Assembly: GCA_051294375.1 (NCBI GenBank)
Contig: CM119267.1
Coordinates: 1,649,080-1,713,079, forward strand
From: Paraspadella gotoi
Taxonomy: Eukaryota; Animalia; Chaetognatha
DNA length: 64,000 nucleotides
Direction: 5' to 3'
Made by a program: the position numbers and the translations under genes. This document shows, one piece after another, positions 1-12,326 of the stretch (the stretch's first letter is position 1; each line of letters begins with the position of its first letter). The notes beneath the pieces were generated by a model. It worked only from the letters and a program-made list of their open reading frames with translations. It was not told the origin of the DNA and did not search any database.

Positions 1-292
1 TTTAACCCAAAACGAAAGCAAGAACAGAAAACATCGATCGTTGCCTCGAAAGTTTTTACTTTTACCACCGTCTAAAGTCAGGGGAAAGATAGTTTATTTA
101 TTATAATTTGATATCTTATATTCCATTTTATTTTAAAATATCAATTCTTATTCAAATTGGAGCGATTTAAGAAATAATACTGGTTTTTCTTAAGTCCGAT
201 TTCCTCTTAATATTCGCCTTAGAATCTCCTTTTCATTCAACATGTACTTACCCGACCCCCCGCCCCCTCCCTCCCTTTCCCCTCCCCCTCAG

Positions 293-488
293 CGCCCTCC
301 TCACGCGATTCGGCGACGATGGTGAGCGGAACGATCCACTCGAGTCTGCGACGCCGTCCTCCAAGAACCTCAACATTACGAGGAGATACTACGCGGAGAG
401 ACGTCAGAGAATGCGTGGAGATTCTGAGGAAGCAGCTCCCATGCCCACTTTGACCAACAAGTCACGGGATACAGTGAATGGAAGACTA
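293..488 (+). CDS. CTNNA: Alpha-catenin exon (M-domain, M3 helices); gene is 5'-truncated by the window
   Basis: Follows a pyrimidine tract + CAG. Indel-corrected reading ~TIHRVCDAVLQ.L.NYEE.YYAERVRECVEILRKQLMPTFDQQVTDTV aligns by eye to human alphaE-catenin RAARVIHVVTSEMDNYEPGVYTEKVLEATKLLSNTVMPRFTEQVEAAV; GTGAGA donor ~489. Requires several frameshift corrections. Confidence 0.65.
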
Positions 489-711
489 GTGAGAATTTAT
501 CAATTAAATGCAATAATCTAATCTATTAATCAATCAATCAATCAATGAATGAAATTTTAAATTTAAATCAATCTAACCAATCAAACCTTATAACCTCTTA
601 TCTTCTCTCCTCTCTCTTCTCTCTCTCTCATCTCTCGCTCTCTCTCATCTCTCTCTCTCGTCAGTCTCTCTCGTATCTCTCTTCTCCTCTCTCTCTCTTC
701 TGCTCCCCAAG

Positions 712-895
712 GCGATGCACCGTAGATTACCGACGTGGATGAGAAATGAATTCATCGACGCGTCGAGTCTCGTTTATCGAACGGAATCCGTGACATTCGA
801 TGCGCGGTTCTCATGAACCACGACCCCGATGCCTTTTATGATTAATGATGAGGCGATGGACGGGGGAGTGATAGAGTTGAGCTTTTTATATCCAG
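712..895 (+). CDS. CTNNA: Alpha-catenin exon (end of M3 + start of acidic linker)
   Basis: Reads DVDENEFIDASSLVYxGIRDIRCAVLMNHDPDAFYDNDEAMDG..., matching the alpha-catenin motif MDENEFIDASRLVYDGIRDIRKAVLM; CAAG acceptor at 711, first CAG|GTGAGA donor after 895. Confidence 0.9.
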
Positions 896-2340
896 GTGAG
901 AGAGAATGGAGAGAGAGATTGATGCCTTTTATGATAAATGGAATGAGGCGATGAAAGGGGGGAAAGTGATAGAGGGAAGCTTTATATCTCAGGTGAGAGA
1001 GAAGGAGAGAGAGATGAAGCTTTTATGATAATGATGAAGGCGATGGACGGGGAAGTGATATAGAGGGAGCTTATATCCAGGTGAGAGAGAAGGAGAGAGA
1101 GATGATGCCTTTATGATAATGAATGAGGCGATGGACGGGGAAGTGATAGCAGGGAGGCTTTATATCCAGGTGAGAGAGAGGAGAGAGAGGATGATGCCTT
1201 TTATGATAATGATGAGCGCGATGGAGCGGGTGAAAGTGTAGAGGGAGCTTTAATATCAGGTGAGAAGAGGAGAGAGAGATCGAATGCCTTTTATGAATAA
1301 TGATGAGGCGATGGATTGGGGGTTGATAGTGATAGAGGGAGCTTTATGATCCAGGTGAGAGAGAAAGGAGAAGAGAGATGATGCTTTTATGATAATGATG
1401 AGGCGATGGACGGGGGAAGTGATAGAGGGAGCTTTATAATCCAGGTGAGAGAAGAAGGAAGAGAGAGATGATGCCTTTTATGATAATGGATGAGCGATGG
1501 ATGGGGGAAGTGATAAGGAGCGCGTTTATATCCAGGTGAGAGAAGAAGGAGGAGAGAGATGATGCCCGTTTGAATGATAAATGATGAGGCGATGGACGGG
1601 TGGAAGGTGATAAGAGGGAGCTTTATATCCAGGTGAGAGAGAAGGAGAGAGAGATTATGCCTTTTATGATAATGATGAGGCGATGAACGGGTGAAGTGAT
1701 TAGAGGAGACTTATATCCAGGGTGTGAGAGAGAAGGAGAGAGAGATGATGCCTTATGATAAATGATGAAGGCGATGGACGGGGAAGTGATTAGAGGGAGC
1801 TTTAATATCCAGGCGAGATGAGAAGGAGAGAGAGATGGACAATGCCCTTTTATATAATGATTGAGGCGATGGACGGGGAAGTGATAGAGGGCAGCTTTAA
1901 TATCCAAGGCGAGAGAGGAGAGAGAGATGTCTTTTATGATAATGATGAAGGGCGGATGGACGGGGGACAGTGATAGAGGGAGCTTTATATCCAGGTGAGA
2001 GAGGAGAAGAGATGATGCCTTTTTGATAATGATGAGGCGATGGACGGGTTGAAGTGATAGAGGGAGCTTTATAATCCAGTGAGAGAGAATGGAGAGAGAG
2101 ATGAATGCCCTTTTATGATAATTGATGAGGCGATGGACGGGGGGAAGTGATAGAGGGAGCTTTATATGCCAGGGCGAGAGAGAACGGAGAGAGAGATGAT
2201 GCCTTTTATGAATATGATGAGGCGATGGACGTGGGAAGTGATAGAGGGAGCTCTATATCCAGGCGAGAGAGAAGGAAGAGAGAGATGAATGCCTTTTTAT
2301 GATAATGAATGAGGCGATGGACGGGGGAAGTGATAAAGGG
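828..2340 (+). repeat. 87-bp tandem array (~17 units) copying the alpha-catenin exon end plus splice donor
   Basis: Consensus GATGATGCCTTTTATGATAATGATGAGGCGATGGACGGGGAAGTGATAGAGGGAGCTTTATATCCAGGTGAGAGAGAAGGAGAGAGA (87 nt), head-to-tail, 16 donor-containing units plus a final partial unit; individual units carry scattered indels. Confidence 0.92.
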
Positions 2341-2518
2341 AAAGAGAAGAGGGGAGGGAAGGAGCAAAATAATTCTAAATTCACAAAGTCGTATAAATAG
2401 AGAGATTCCTAATCAGGATCAATATGGAACCCGTTACATAGACCAGGACACTACCGATTGAACCAAGACAGATGAATCTTTCGTTGACGATTTCATTATT
2501 TTCTTTTTTGGTTTCAAG

Positions 2519-2625
2519 ACAATCGAGGCGTAACTGAGACGTTGACAATCACGAAAGACAAACAACACTAGAGTCATAAATGAAACATTTGCCCGAAAGA
2601 GGTAAAAGTTAAGATCGACAAGGAG
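2519..2625 (+). CDS. CTNNA: Alpha-catenin exon (linker end / start of actin-binding domain)
   Basis: TTTCAAG acceptor, phase 1 compatible with the upstream donor; reads ...NTRVIMKHLPEEVKVKIDKE|GTAAAA, matching QSARAIMAQLPQEQKAKIAEQ. Confidence 0.8.
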
Positions 2626-3573
2626 GTAAAATAAAAATAAATAAATTATAATACAAGGAATTTCAAATGGGAGTTGATTGAAATGTTCAAAATATTGTGG
2701 CTAAATGATTTGGTTATAAGCAACTTCAGATTTTGTGCACTTTGGTAGAAAAAATCGCTGACGTGTTTTTAATTGTGCCAGACTCCCCGAGTAGGCCCAG
2801 GCTCGCTTACTTTCTTAGTTTATGTGCTCATCCAATGGCATGGTCGAATTTCAAAAGAATTCTTTTTTTGCATTTGATACGACATTCCTGTTATAAAATA
2901 TATTTGTTATGAACAAGAGTGGAAATGTCTGAGCAACTTCAGATGTCAAACTTTTTTCACAACTAACAATGACAGCCGTTTTCAAATTTATTAGGTTTTC
3001 TAGTTACAAACTTATAAAAAATTTCAGCTTTGAAAAAAAAAATTGAAAAACAATGATCTGCAAGAGTTTGGTTGACTAACTAAACCTTAAAATATATTAA
3101 TGAAATTGTTTTTCAAATGCTCCGAGAACATTATAGTATACTAACTAATAAGATGTAAAAGAAATTTAACAATGTTTGTCTCAAATTTTTTGCATAATGA
3201 ATTTGTAAAAAGTTGGAATTATAATAAGAGGGGAGAAATGTTGCAAAAAAGGCTGACTGGAAGGCAAGCTACCAGATTTGCTGATGATAAAGTATTATCA
3301 ATGCTGCTTTTATAAGAATATAAACTCAGGGAATTTTAACAAATAAAATTAATAATATTAATCACGTTTCTTTCAATTTCACTCCCATTTTGAAATCCGT
3401 CTAAAATAAATAAATAAAAACATTTTCTGTTTCATTTGTTTTGTTTTAGTTGCAGATTTATTTAATGATGAATGCAGTAGTTCAATAATACTTCACTCAT
3501 TAGCCGATCAGAAATCAATCAACAATGGAATATCTTGATCAAATCAAAGCCATCAATCAATTCAATCTTCCAG

Positions 3574-3780
3574 GTCCAAGACTTCAAACCGAGCAAAAAG
3601 TTCAAATTTGAATGAAGCGAAGTCAGATAAAATTCGAAGATTCTGGGAACGACTTATGATTCTCTTAGCGAAAGAAATGGCGAATGATGCAAGACAGTGT
3701 CCCGCCTTCACTAAAGGCAAAGGCCCGCTCAAGAAACAATACGGATGTCATCAATATCGCCACGCAGATTAGTCTTAAAG
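3574..3780 (+). CDS. CTNNA: Alpha-catenin exon (actin-binding domain)
   Basis: TTCCAG acceptor; VQDF...EVDKFEDSGND..LLAKEMA.MM...AFTKGKGPLKNNTDVINIATQISLK matches VASFQEEKSKLDAEVSKWDDSGNDIIVLAKQMCMIMMEMTDFTRGKGPLKNTSDVISAAKKI. Confidence 0.92.
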
Positions 3781-4039
3781 GTTTTATTGGATGACTTGTG
3801 CGGAGGGAAGGGTTGTGATTGGTCGAGAGGTCACGTGGAGTGGGGGACAAGAAAATTAATACTCAGCGCTCACTCTGGTCATGCTCATACTCTTGTCTTT
3901 TCAAAAGCAATTGAAACATTCTTTGAAACACGAGTATACCCACTTCATTGAATATGGAAGACCAGGAGTACTTACTTTGCTGGGAGTGTAATAAACGAGA
4001 CTGTGAGAGAGTCTTGATTGAAAAGCCTTGCTGAGGCCT

Positions 4040-4727
4040 TAAACACCAAAGCCTGTCAAAGTCAGGGGCAAGCAATGAATGGATAGTTTTTTTATATTGG
4101 TTATAAACCAATTAAGAATGTTAATTGGTAATTAATGAAATAAATTAGGGAATTTATCAAGACTACTGAGGAACGTCAAATTGAAAACCTTATGATAGAA
4201 AATGCAGGCGCCCGTTGAATTTCCCATATTTTTACCGATCCGGTGGGTCAAAAGTCAGGCAGGCAACTTAGTTAGTTTGTATTGAGATATATACAGGTTT
4301 TTACTAGGTTTTGACTAGCGGTGTCAATTTTTTGGGCATGAGTGAATCAAATAAGAGGTTTTGGATTCTTTTATACAGGTTCATACTGGATCGGGAGGTA
4401 AGGGGTAAAATTGTTCCCTTGTTCAGGTTGGGCTGGCGTCCATTTGTTCCCATTTGGGCCAATGAAAGAATGTTCCATTTCTACTTCCCGGCTGGAATTT
4501 TCATGCAGAGTCGTTGATCCGATTTCGATTCTGGAGTCTTGAATTTCCACTGCGATGGTTTCAATCGGAAACCAAATTTCAACTGGCTTCTTTTTTGAGA
4601 ATTGAATAAGCGTTTAAATTGCTATAATAGCGCTGAAGATCCGGTTTAAAATTGATACAACTACATAAAATTATCCATATCGATTTTAATATCTTGCCCC
4701 CCGACTTTGGACAGCTCTGGTGATTTA
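4040..4727. mobile_element. MITE-like element with degenerate terminal inverted repeats in an alpha-catenin intron
   Basis: ACCAAAGCCTGTCAAAGTCAGGGGCAAG (~4045-4072) is the near reverse complement of CTTGCCCCCCGACTTTGGACAGCTCTGGT (~4693-4721). Related single ends at ~65-90 and ~63059-63085. No clean TSD seen. Confidence 0.55.
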
Positions 4728-4904
4728 GTATGGCCTCCAGTCACTCTTACAGAGATATTCAATCGGGAATCTCGTCTCGTCCTTGTCGCTCCCAGAGAAG
4801 TTTCTTCCTAACAATACGAACTTTTTTCAATTGAATAAAAGGATACTATAGTATATCTCGTCCAATGAATCCACTCTGAATATCATTTCCAATCTCTTCA
4901 ACAA

Positions 4905-5122
4905 CGCGAACGCCTGAACGAATTGGCCAAGGAGATCGTGGACAAATGTCCCCGACGGTCCCCTTAAGACCGACCTCCTCGCGCGCCTCTCCAAAGATCC
5001 CAGTCCATCAGCTCAATCAGTTGAAAGATGAACAATCGAAAGTCCAAGAAACGATAGTTTCGTTCTTGAGCGGAGAAACTCGTATATGCCGGGTTGGACT
5101 CGATTATGTCGCTCATTCAGTC
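4905..5122 (+). CDS. CTNNA: Alpha-catenin exon (actin-binding domain)
   Basis: ERLNELAKEIVDKCPDGPLKTDLLARLSKI...NQLK..SKV...LSGE...GLDSIMSLIQ matches SRMDKLGRTIADHCPDSACKQDLLAYLQRI...HQLNICSKV...LGGE...GVDSAMSLIQ; boundaries approximate. Confidence 0.88.
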
Positions 5123-5815
5123 GTGGGGAAAAGGGGAGTAAGGGGGAGGAAGGGGGGGAGGAAGAGGGGAGGGGGGGGAGAGTGAAAGGGAGAAGGAACA
5201 TGGCAGAGGGGAGAGGGAGAAGAAGGAACGAAGGATAGACGTGGGGAAGACTTTACCCTTGCAAGCTGGACGTGGTATTAGAACGGTCCACAGATAAAGA
5301 AAATGAATGGATGAGAAATGTATATTAATTAATAATACATAATATAATATATAATAATAATAATAATAATTGAATATAATAATGACATACTTAGATAATG
5401 TAAATAATTATAAATCAATAGTTAAATAATATTACTCTATGCTTATTATATATTTTAATTAAAGGAACTGACTTCTGAAAGTCTAGGGAAAGGAGATAAT
5501 AACTATACTACTATCTAATACGTAAGGAATTAAATAGTTTTGGGAAAAGGAAAAGGTCATATCTTTCTCTCTTTCTCTCTCTCTCTCTTCTCTCACTCTC
5601 TCTCTCTCTCTCTCACTCTCTTCTCTCTCTCTCAGTCATATCTCTCTCGTTCTCTGTCGTATACGTGGCTCGTCAGACTCCTCTTCCATCTCTCAAGATG
5701 CGATCTGCGTCCCTCGCGTCTCCTCTCTCTCTCTCTCTATTCCCGTCCTCAATCCCCCAACACAGTCATCCTCTCTCCTCCTCCTCCTGCCTCCTCCTCC
5801 TCCCCTCTCCTTCAG

Positions 5816-5953
5816 TCGCCAAGAAACTTGAATCACTGCCGTTGGAGAGACAATCAATCTCTTGCTACATTTGCTGGTTTTCCAGCAGCACAATGAAGAA
5901 AGCGAAGATTCGCTGAGAAAAGCGTCTCTCCAGCTAATGATGCCCTCTGGTCA
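5816..5953 (+). CDS. CTNNA: Alpha-catenin exon (last ABD helix)
   Basis: TTCAG acceptor, GTAAG donor at 5954; AKNL.TAVGETI.SCYI matches AKNLMNAVVQTVKASYVA. Confidence 0.75.
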
Positions 5954-6251
5954 GTAAGGAGAGACGTTTTCCGTTGGGAGTAATGAAAATGGGTTAGATA
6001 AGAAAGAAATTCATTTGTTTTAATACCCTTTTGTTTTTAAATGATAGTAAAAAGAAAAGTAATCGTGCGCAACAGCCTTGTTATATTGGGTTTGTACACC
6101 AATTGTAAAAAGGAATAAAAAGTAGCCAGCTATCTAATTATAAATAAAATACTGTATTGGTAGTAAAATCAATGGAAACACTAAAATGTTTTTAAGCAAT
6201 TTAAAAAATCACTACTAATGATATTCTAACATTGTATAATTCCGACTACAG

Positions 6252-6460
6252 TGGAAGATGAAAGCCTCCAGAGAAGAAGGCCGCTCATTCGCGTCGACAG
6301 ACTAGAAGGCTCGTGACGACGAGAACGGACGACGACGACGCGACGAAGAAAGACGTCGGAATCTGAGGAGACGCAGAAAGGAAGCGAGGAAGAAAGTGAC
6401 GAGGAGCTCCACTGAGGACGAGAGAGTTTGGGGAGACTGTGGCTCAAGCAAGTTCACGTT
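6252..6460 (+). CDS. CTNNA: Alpha-catenin terminal coding exon (C-terminal tail); stop position uncertain
   Basis: TACAG acceptor then WKMKPPEKKPLIRV, matching the conserved tail WKMKAPEKKPLVKR. Confidence 0.8.
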
Positions 6461-6495
6461 TGAGAGAGAGAGAGAGAGAGAGAGAAGAGAGAGAG

Positions 6496-6538
<43 letters not shown>

Positions 6539-7799
6539 TGCTTCCTTTCTGCTTGAGTTTGATCGTCGTTCTTTTTTTCGAAATCTGGCTTCGATTTCCA
6601 GTGAAGAATTGGATTGGTCCCAGATTGATTGGTCGAGCTTGGTCGAGCTTGCTTGATCCAATTTGATTGATTGGCTTCTGCGTTTGAATGATCGATTAAT
6701 AGCAATGCTCGCCCGTGCTTGTAATTTGTTAGGCTTGCATCAATTCATTCAGCTTGAATTTCAATAAGTTTTCCTTCCACCGAGGTGGCGGAATTTTAAT
6801 GAAAACTAAATATATGATTTAAAAAAAGAAAAATAAACGAAACAATCACTGACGAAAAAGAAAAAAATATTGTTTTTTTTTCTCTTCGGTTTGTAAGGCA
6901 GGAATAAATTCCATTAAAGTTTATGTATCATCAACGATAATTTTAATATCAAATGACGTGCTTACGGTTTTGCCAGTCCAATCATTCCAGATTCGTTCAG
7001 GCAGCTAACAAAAATATTGATTTTCACTTAAAATCAAAAAAATGATTAATGACATGTGATAAATTATTGATTATACTAATCATGATGACGTTACAAAACA
7101 CGAAAACAACTAATTGTGCTTTTTGGTTTCATGTTTTTTTAAGTCCCGCCGTCCACTCGTCTTTTGTTTTATTAATGTTCTTACTGTACTAAGTTCAACT
7201 TTCCATCGGAAAGCGTCTGTGGTTTGTACAGTAAACTTTTTGATTTGAACGTTAAAAGAAAATTATTATGTTTTCAGTGTTAATAAAAATGATGTTATGT
7301 GTTACGTAATTGTTTAATTGCGGTAGGCTTTGAATCGAAAATCTTACTGTATCTTACTTGGTATCTAACTGTATTTTCCAAGGGAAATAATCACGAATTA
7401 GATTTTGTGTATCAATCGGTGATTGGATTTTGTTTCGAAATACAAATTATAATAATTATAATTATAATAAACTTTCCGCGCGATTCGATTCAAATTTTTT
7501 GTTTAAAAACGGTCGAGTTAGTTTATATATATAGTATATATATATATATATATAATATATAATATAATTTTTATATATATATATAATACATACGAAACAT
7601 AGAAACGCTTCATTAATTAAGAAAAACATTAAGTCATTCATATCATATATGCAATTAAAATTAAGAGACGAATTGGTTTATTGTCAACAACAATTTTTTA
7701 TTAATGGAGACAAACATGTTTCCGGGCGCATGATTCCAGGCCTTCATCAGCGTCAAAGTTTTTGAGAAATCACTCACAAATTTTCTACAAAAGAAAAGA

Positions 7800-7841
<42 letters not shown>

Positions 7842-7979
7842 GAGAGAGAGAGAAGAGAGAGAGAACGAGAAGAGAGAGAAGGGCAAGTTTCCAACACAAA
7901 GTGGTCAATGGTGAGAGATGCTAAGGGTAAAGACCAGAAAGATTTCAGTTTTGAAAAGAGTGAAATGTCTATTGAAGAG

Positions 7980-8012
<33 letters not shown>

Positions 8013-8172
8013 GAGAGAGAAGAGAGAGAAGAGAGAGAGAGAGAGAGANNNNNNNNNNNNNNNNNNNNNNNNNGAGAGATTTTTTAAAAGTTTTAATTTT
8101 TAAGTTTTTATGCACGTGTTTTATTTTTTAATTTTTTTCAAAATCAAAGCGAACAGAAATATTCGAAAAAAC

Positions 8173-8511
8173 TTTTTAATCGCGATCCAAGACGTCATCT
8201 GTTCAGTCATTGAAACAAAAGACAATTGAAAGGAAATTTTGAAGTCGTTTTTGTCGTCGTCGTCGTCATCATCTCCACCATCGTCATCATCGTCTTCCTC
8301 GTCATCATCGTCTTCCTCGTCGTCGTCGTCATCATCTCCACCATCGTCATCGTCGTCTTCGTCGTCCCAGTCGTCCACCCAACCGGTCAACTTCGCTTGT
8401 GCTGCCATGAGTCATTGGCGCAGTCAATGGGGCGCAATAACCTTTTTGGCGTAGAACGCAATGACGCAATCAATGAGGTGAGTTAACGTTTTTCTTGAGA
8501 GAAGGGAATGG

Positions 8512-8565
<54 letters not shown>

Positions 8566-8765
8566 TTCTCAAGCTTTTTTATTTTCAAAACAATATTGTA
8601 CTAACAAATTTTTGCAGTTTTCGATTGTTTAATCTCTATATTTTTCTTCATGTTATTTTTATTATATTTTATTTGTTATTTTTAGCACGACTATCTGTTT
8701 CTATAAAATATTCTATTCTCTTTTTATCCTTTTATATTCTGCCCAATTTAGTCTCTTCCAAAAAA
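8173..8765 (+). repeat. Dispersed ~600-bp duplicated segment, copy A
   Basis: Colinear with 19851-20535 (GATCCAAGACGTCATCTGTT...(CGT)n...CCACCCAACCGGTCAACTTCGC...GCCATGAGTCATTGGCGCAGTCAATGGGGCGCAAT...(GA)n...AT-rich tail); the copies differ by substitutions. Confidence 0.85.
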
Positions 8766-11508
8766 NNNNNNNNNNNNNNNNNNNNNNNNNNNNNNNNNNN
8801 NNNNNNNNNNNNNNNNNNNNNNNNNNNNNNNNNNNNNNNNNNNNNNNNNNNNNNNNNNNNNNNNNNNNNNNNNNNNNNNNNNNNNNNNNNNNNNNNNNNN
8901 NNNNNNNNNNNNNNNNNNNNNNNNNNNNNNNNNTCTCTCTCTCTCTCTCATCCCCACGTCATTCTAACTTTCTGGCATCCTCCATCCTTCATTGTCATTG
9001 TTGGACCAACTTGTATGATCCCTAACATCGTTGCTTGTATTTTTTCACGAAAAAAGCATTTTTGAGTTTATCGTTTGACTAAAAGTGTTGTCGCCTTGTA
9101 GGTACACGTCATATTTAATTTTAACATTAAAACGATTCTTTAAATTTCTTTAAAGCGCATCCTTAAAAAAAAATTATATTTTTTGGGGGTTTTGCATTTT
9201 TTTAGGTTTTCATAGCATCAGGAGGAAGTAATGGCTAATCCAGGCAACGCGCACGGACCAGGTCAATGCTGCTCTTATGCTTAACTATAACTCGCTGTGA
9301 GAGTCGAAACATGCCCGACTTATAATTGTCAATAAATCGTTGTTGCAAATTAAAAAAACCGTTTTATTTTAATTATAAAGTCTCGATCTTGTAAGGTCAG
9401 AGGTCTCGAAGCGAATTCAGTATCGAGTCAATGAAGTTGAACAACAGAGAACATCAGGAAGAAGTCGAATATGAGTCTTGGTAAAATCCTAAAATAGTCA
9501 CTAAAATGATCACGTGATCGACATCAAAAATCGTGTCACTTTTAAATCCCGACGATTAGTCAAACCCGTGAGGATAACGCCCCCCCTCTTTATTGTTTAC
9601 TTTTTTTCCCCTGAAACCAGAGATTTTTACTTTTTAAAGTTGAGGATTAAAGACGGATCGTAATCGACTCATTGTGATAAGCAGGTTTGCACTTTTTATC
9701 ATTATCATTATTCCGTTATCATTAATCATCAGTCGCCCTTACTAATCTTTAACCTTTATCTTTATCTGATGATGTTGTTAGAGTGGCTCACATCCTGAAC
9801 AGTTTCCCCCGTCTGTTGAGCCATAAGTAAACCTGCCCCTTGCTGTCCCTTCTCTTCTTTATGTCCCTTTCACGACTCGGAAAAGAGAAATTGATCGCTC
9901 AGAGGTTAAAGGACCCCGCTGCTAACCTTATCGGTCTACAATAGTCATTACCGGTCGCCAAGAGGTAGAAGCGTTTTAGAAGCAGGTAGTCCTAGATTAG
10001 TTAAAAAGCGAATCGCGACTATACTTTTGATTCATTAATATCCGAAGATCATTATTACAAATTTTTTATGACTCACCTTGGTTACGCGGATTTAATTTAG
10101 TTTTTTATACAGACAATTTTAAATAAAATGAGTAAGTTATTGTTTAATAAGTTTTAACAATTTTTTTTTATCTCTCTACGGCCATCCTTTGCTTTTAAAA
10201 GCGAATCCATAATAATGTAAAGATTACGACCCTAAATTGGTTAAAAATAAGGATCATACCGAAATAGGGGGATTTAAAAAGATCGAAATAATTTCGAAGA
10301 TAATTTAGGACTCCCAATCAAAGTGAGATCGGCTCAAAATCGGCGACAATCAAGAAAACTTGATTTTTTTTAAATATTTTCTTACGTTTCTTCATTTCGG
10401 AACATGTATAGTTTGGTTTTAGGACTGTCTCTGCAACAAAGCCGAAATATGTTTTTTAATGTAAGTAAAACATCGTTGTTGAAACAAAAACTATTTTCGC
10501 TAATCTCAAATACGACGAAAGTGAAAGGATAACTATCGAACAAACTCTTAATTACAATTGAGTTATAAAACTATTTAATTACACGGAGGTCCAGCTCTTA
10601 TGGGACTAACTTCAAGTGCTTACAGCACGATAACGTTTAATGATAAAAGGGACTAGGTTAAATTTTCTTTTGATCGATGTCAAGAACGTCTGGAAAATCC
10701 AACAGCAATTACTGTAAATGATGCTTTTTTGCATAACATTTCGAAATTCTGAAGTTTGGACGCGCAGTTTTTCCGACTGCAATCCCTCGGATTGATGAAA
10801 ATGTAGGATACAGAAGCAGAATGTCCCACGCATCCCCTCAGGAAGTTTCGACTTTCTGACACCAAAAATAGTGTCAGAAATGACAGCATTCCCAACGGGC
10901 GCGATCACTAAAGCATATGCCGCCTTCTCTGAGCACTGAAAGAAGGTCATGGTTGCCGAATGTAAATCTTTTCAATTGATTGTTTTGTCATTACAAAATT
11001 TTTACAAGTGTACCATTTTTCATTCAATTTTTTTTTATTTACCCGTCCAAAAGAGCCGGACCTCCCTGTACACGTGTACCATTTAACATTGACAAAGTTT
11101 ACGGTTATTGATGAAGATTTTGAGGCTAAAAAAGCGGGAGATTCGCCGATATTTTATAAATCATTACGTTTTTTTTTTAAATAAAAGTTTCTTTTTCCAT
11201 TACTCACGATTATTTTACGCGATCACGAAAATCAATAAATTTAATAATAAAAAAAAAAAACATTAAAGTTGCAAGTATAAAATGAAAAAGTCAAAGTGAG
11301 GAATAAGTTTTTCGGATTGGTTCCACTTTAAAAACCGCCACATGTTGTGAGAGAAAAAAAAAATCCGCCAAATATTTGGGATGTTTCTTTCTTTGATTAG
11401 AAGGTAAGGAAGTCTTAAAATTTTAGTTACGAAAAATAACCGGTAGAAAATCTAGCAACCGCATCAGAAGTTCCGAAAAGCAAAGAGACTGACCCACTGG
11501 CTAACACC

Positions 11509-11672
<164 letters not shown>

Positions 11673-11740
11673 TATCGTTTTATCTCGTTTAATTTCCTTT
11701 TTCGAGCACCGACTTGAAAGTTAGACGAGCGATTCCAAAG

Positions 11741-11885
11741 ATGGAACGCGACGCCGCTTTCGACGACGCCCGTCGAAAAAATCCCTTCAACCGAACAGCG
11801 AAGCCGCAACTTTGATCCGGTGCACGCGGGACTTCTGGCGCCGAGGACGCTGGGTCATAAACGTCGTCATCCGCGACGGTCGTTG
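11741..11885 (+). CDS. SLC28A: Putative first coding exon of the SLC28/CNT gene
   Basis: GC-rich island starting ATG GAA CGC GAC GCC GCT TTC GAC GAC (MERDAAFDD), ending G|GTATGA, a donor compatible with the phase-1 start of the next exon. No homology evidence and needs indel correction. Confidence 0.45.
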
Positions 11886-12107
11886 GTATGACAGAGGGGA
11901 GATTGTAGAGATGAAAGTTATATTCGATCGCGGCCGGTCCATATTTTAAAGTGTAAAATTTTGTAGAAAGCATAATACGTGAGGACAGAATGTATCGATG
12001 GTTAATTAATTTTTAATCAAAATTAAAACTAAACATTTGTCAGGAAAACTTTTGCTCGGATTGTGGATAAGGCGGTAAAGTGGGCTGAAGACTACTATCC
12101 TGTAACT

Positions 12108-12326
12108 TTTATGTCCCCCTCAGCACGGTACTGGCTTGGAACCAGGCATGAGTGTTTCCAAGCCCCCAGGCGGATTTACACCGACCTCACATTTTCCACG
12201 AGGGTAGGTACGGTTAGGATTAGTTATTAGATCACGAGCCTGATTGCTTTACTCAATAGTCGCCACCTAAGTCACGCTGAAGGTGTCATGCTTCTAGGCG
12301 GTGAACTATGCAATGCCAACTACATG
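12108..12326. repeat. Diverged ~220-bp intronic element, copy A (homologous to 13045-13268)
   Basis: Shared colinear blocks TATG.CCCCT.AGCA, GCTTGGAAC, AGGTAC.GGTT.GGATT, CTGATTG..TTACTCA, GAAGGTGTCATGCTT, AACTA.GCAAT.CC.ACTACA. Confidence 0.75.

Noticed and set aside
828-2340. CRISPR array
   Set aside because: Units are head-to-tail with no unique spacers, there are no cas genes, and the context is an intron-containing eukaryotic gene.
293-6460. Vinculin or alpha-catulin identity
   Set aside because: The motifs DENEFIDAS.LVY.GIRDIR, GKGPLKN.TDVI and WKMK.PEKKPL together fit alpha-catenin; no proline-rich vinculin linker is seen.
10612-10950. 112-aa minus-strand ORF and a 10-bp hairpin (TTTCTGACAC…GTGTCAGAAA, ~10853-10880)
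   Set aside because: No recognisable domain or splice context; a single short stem is not enough evidence.
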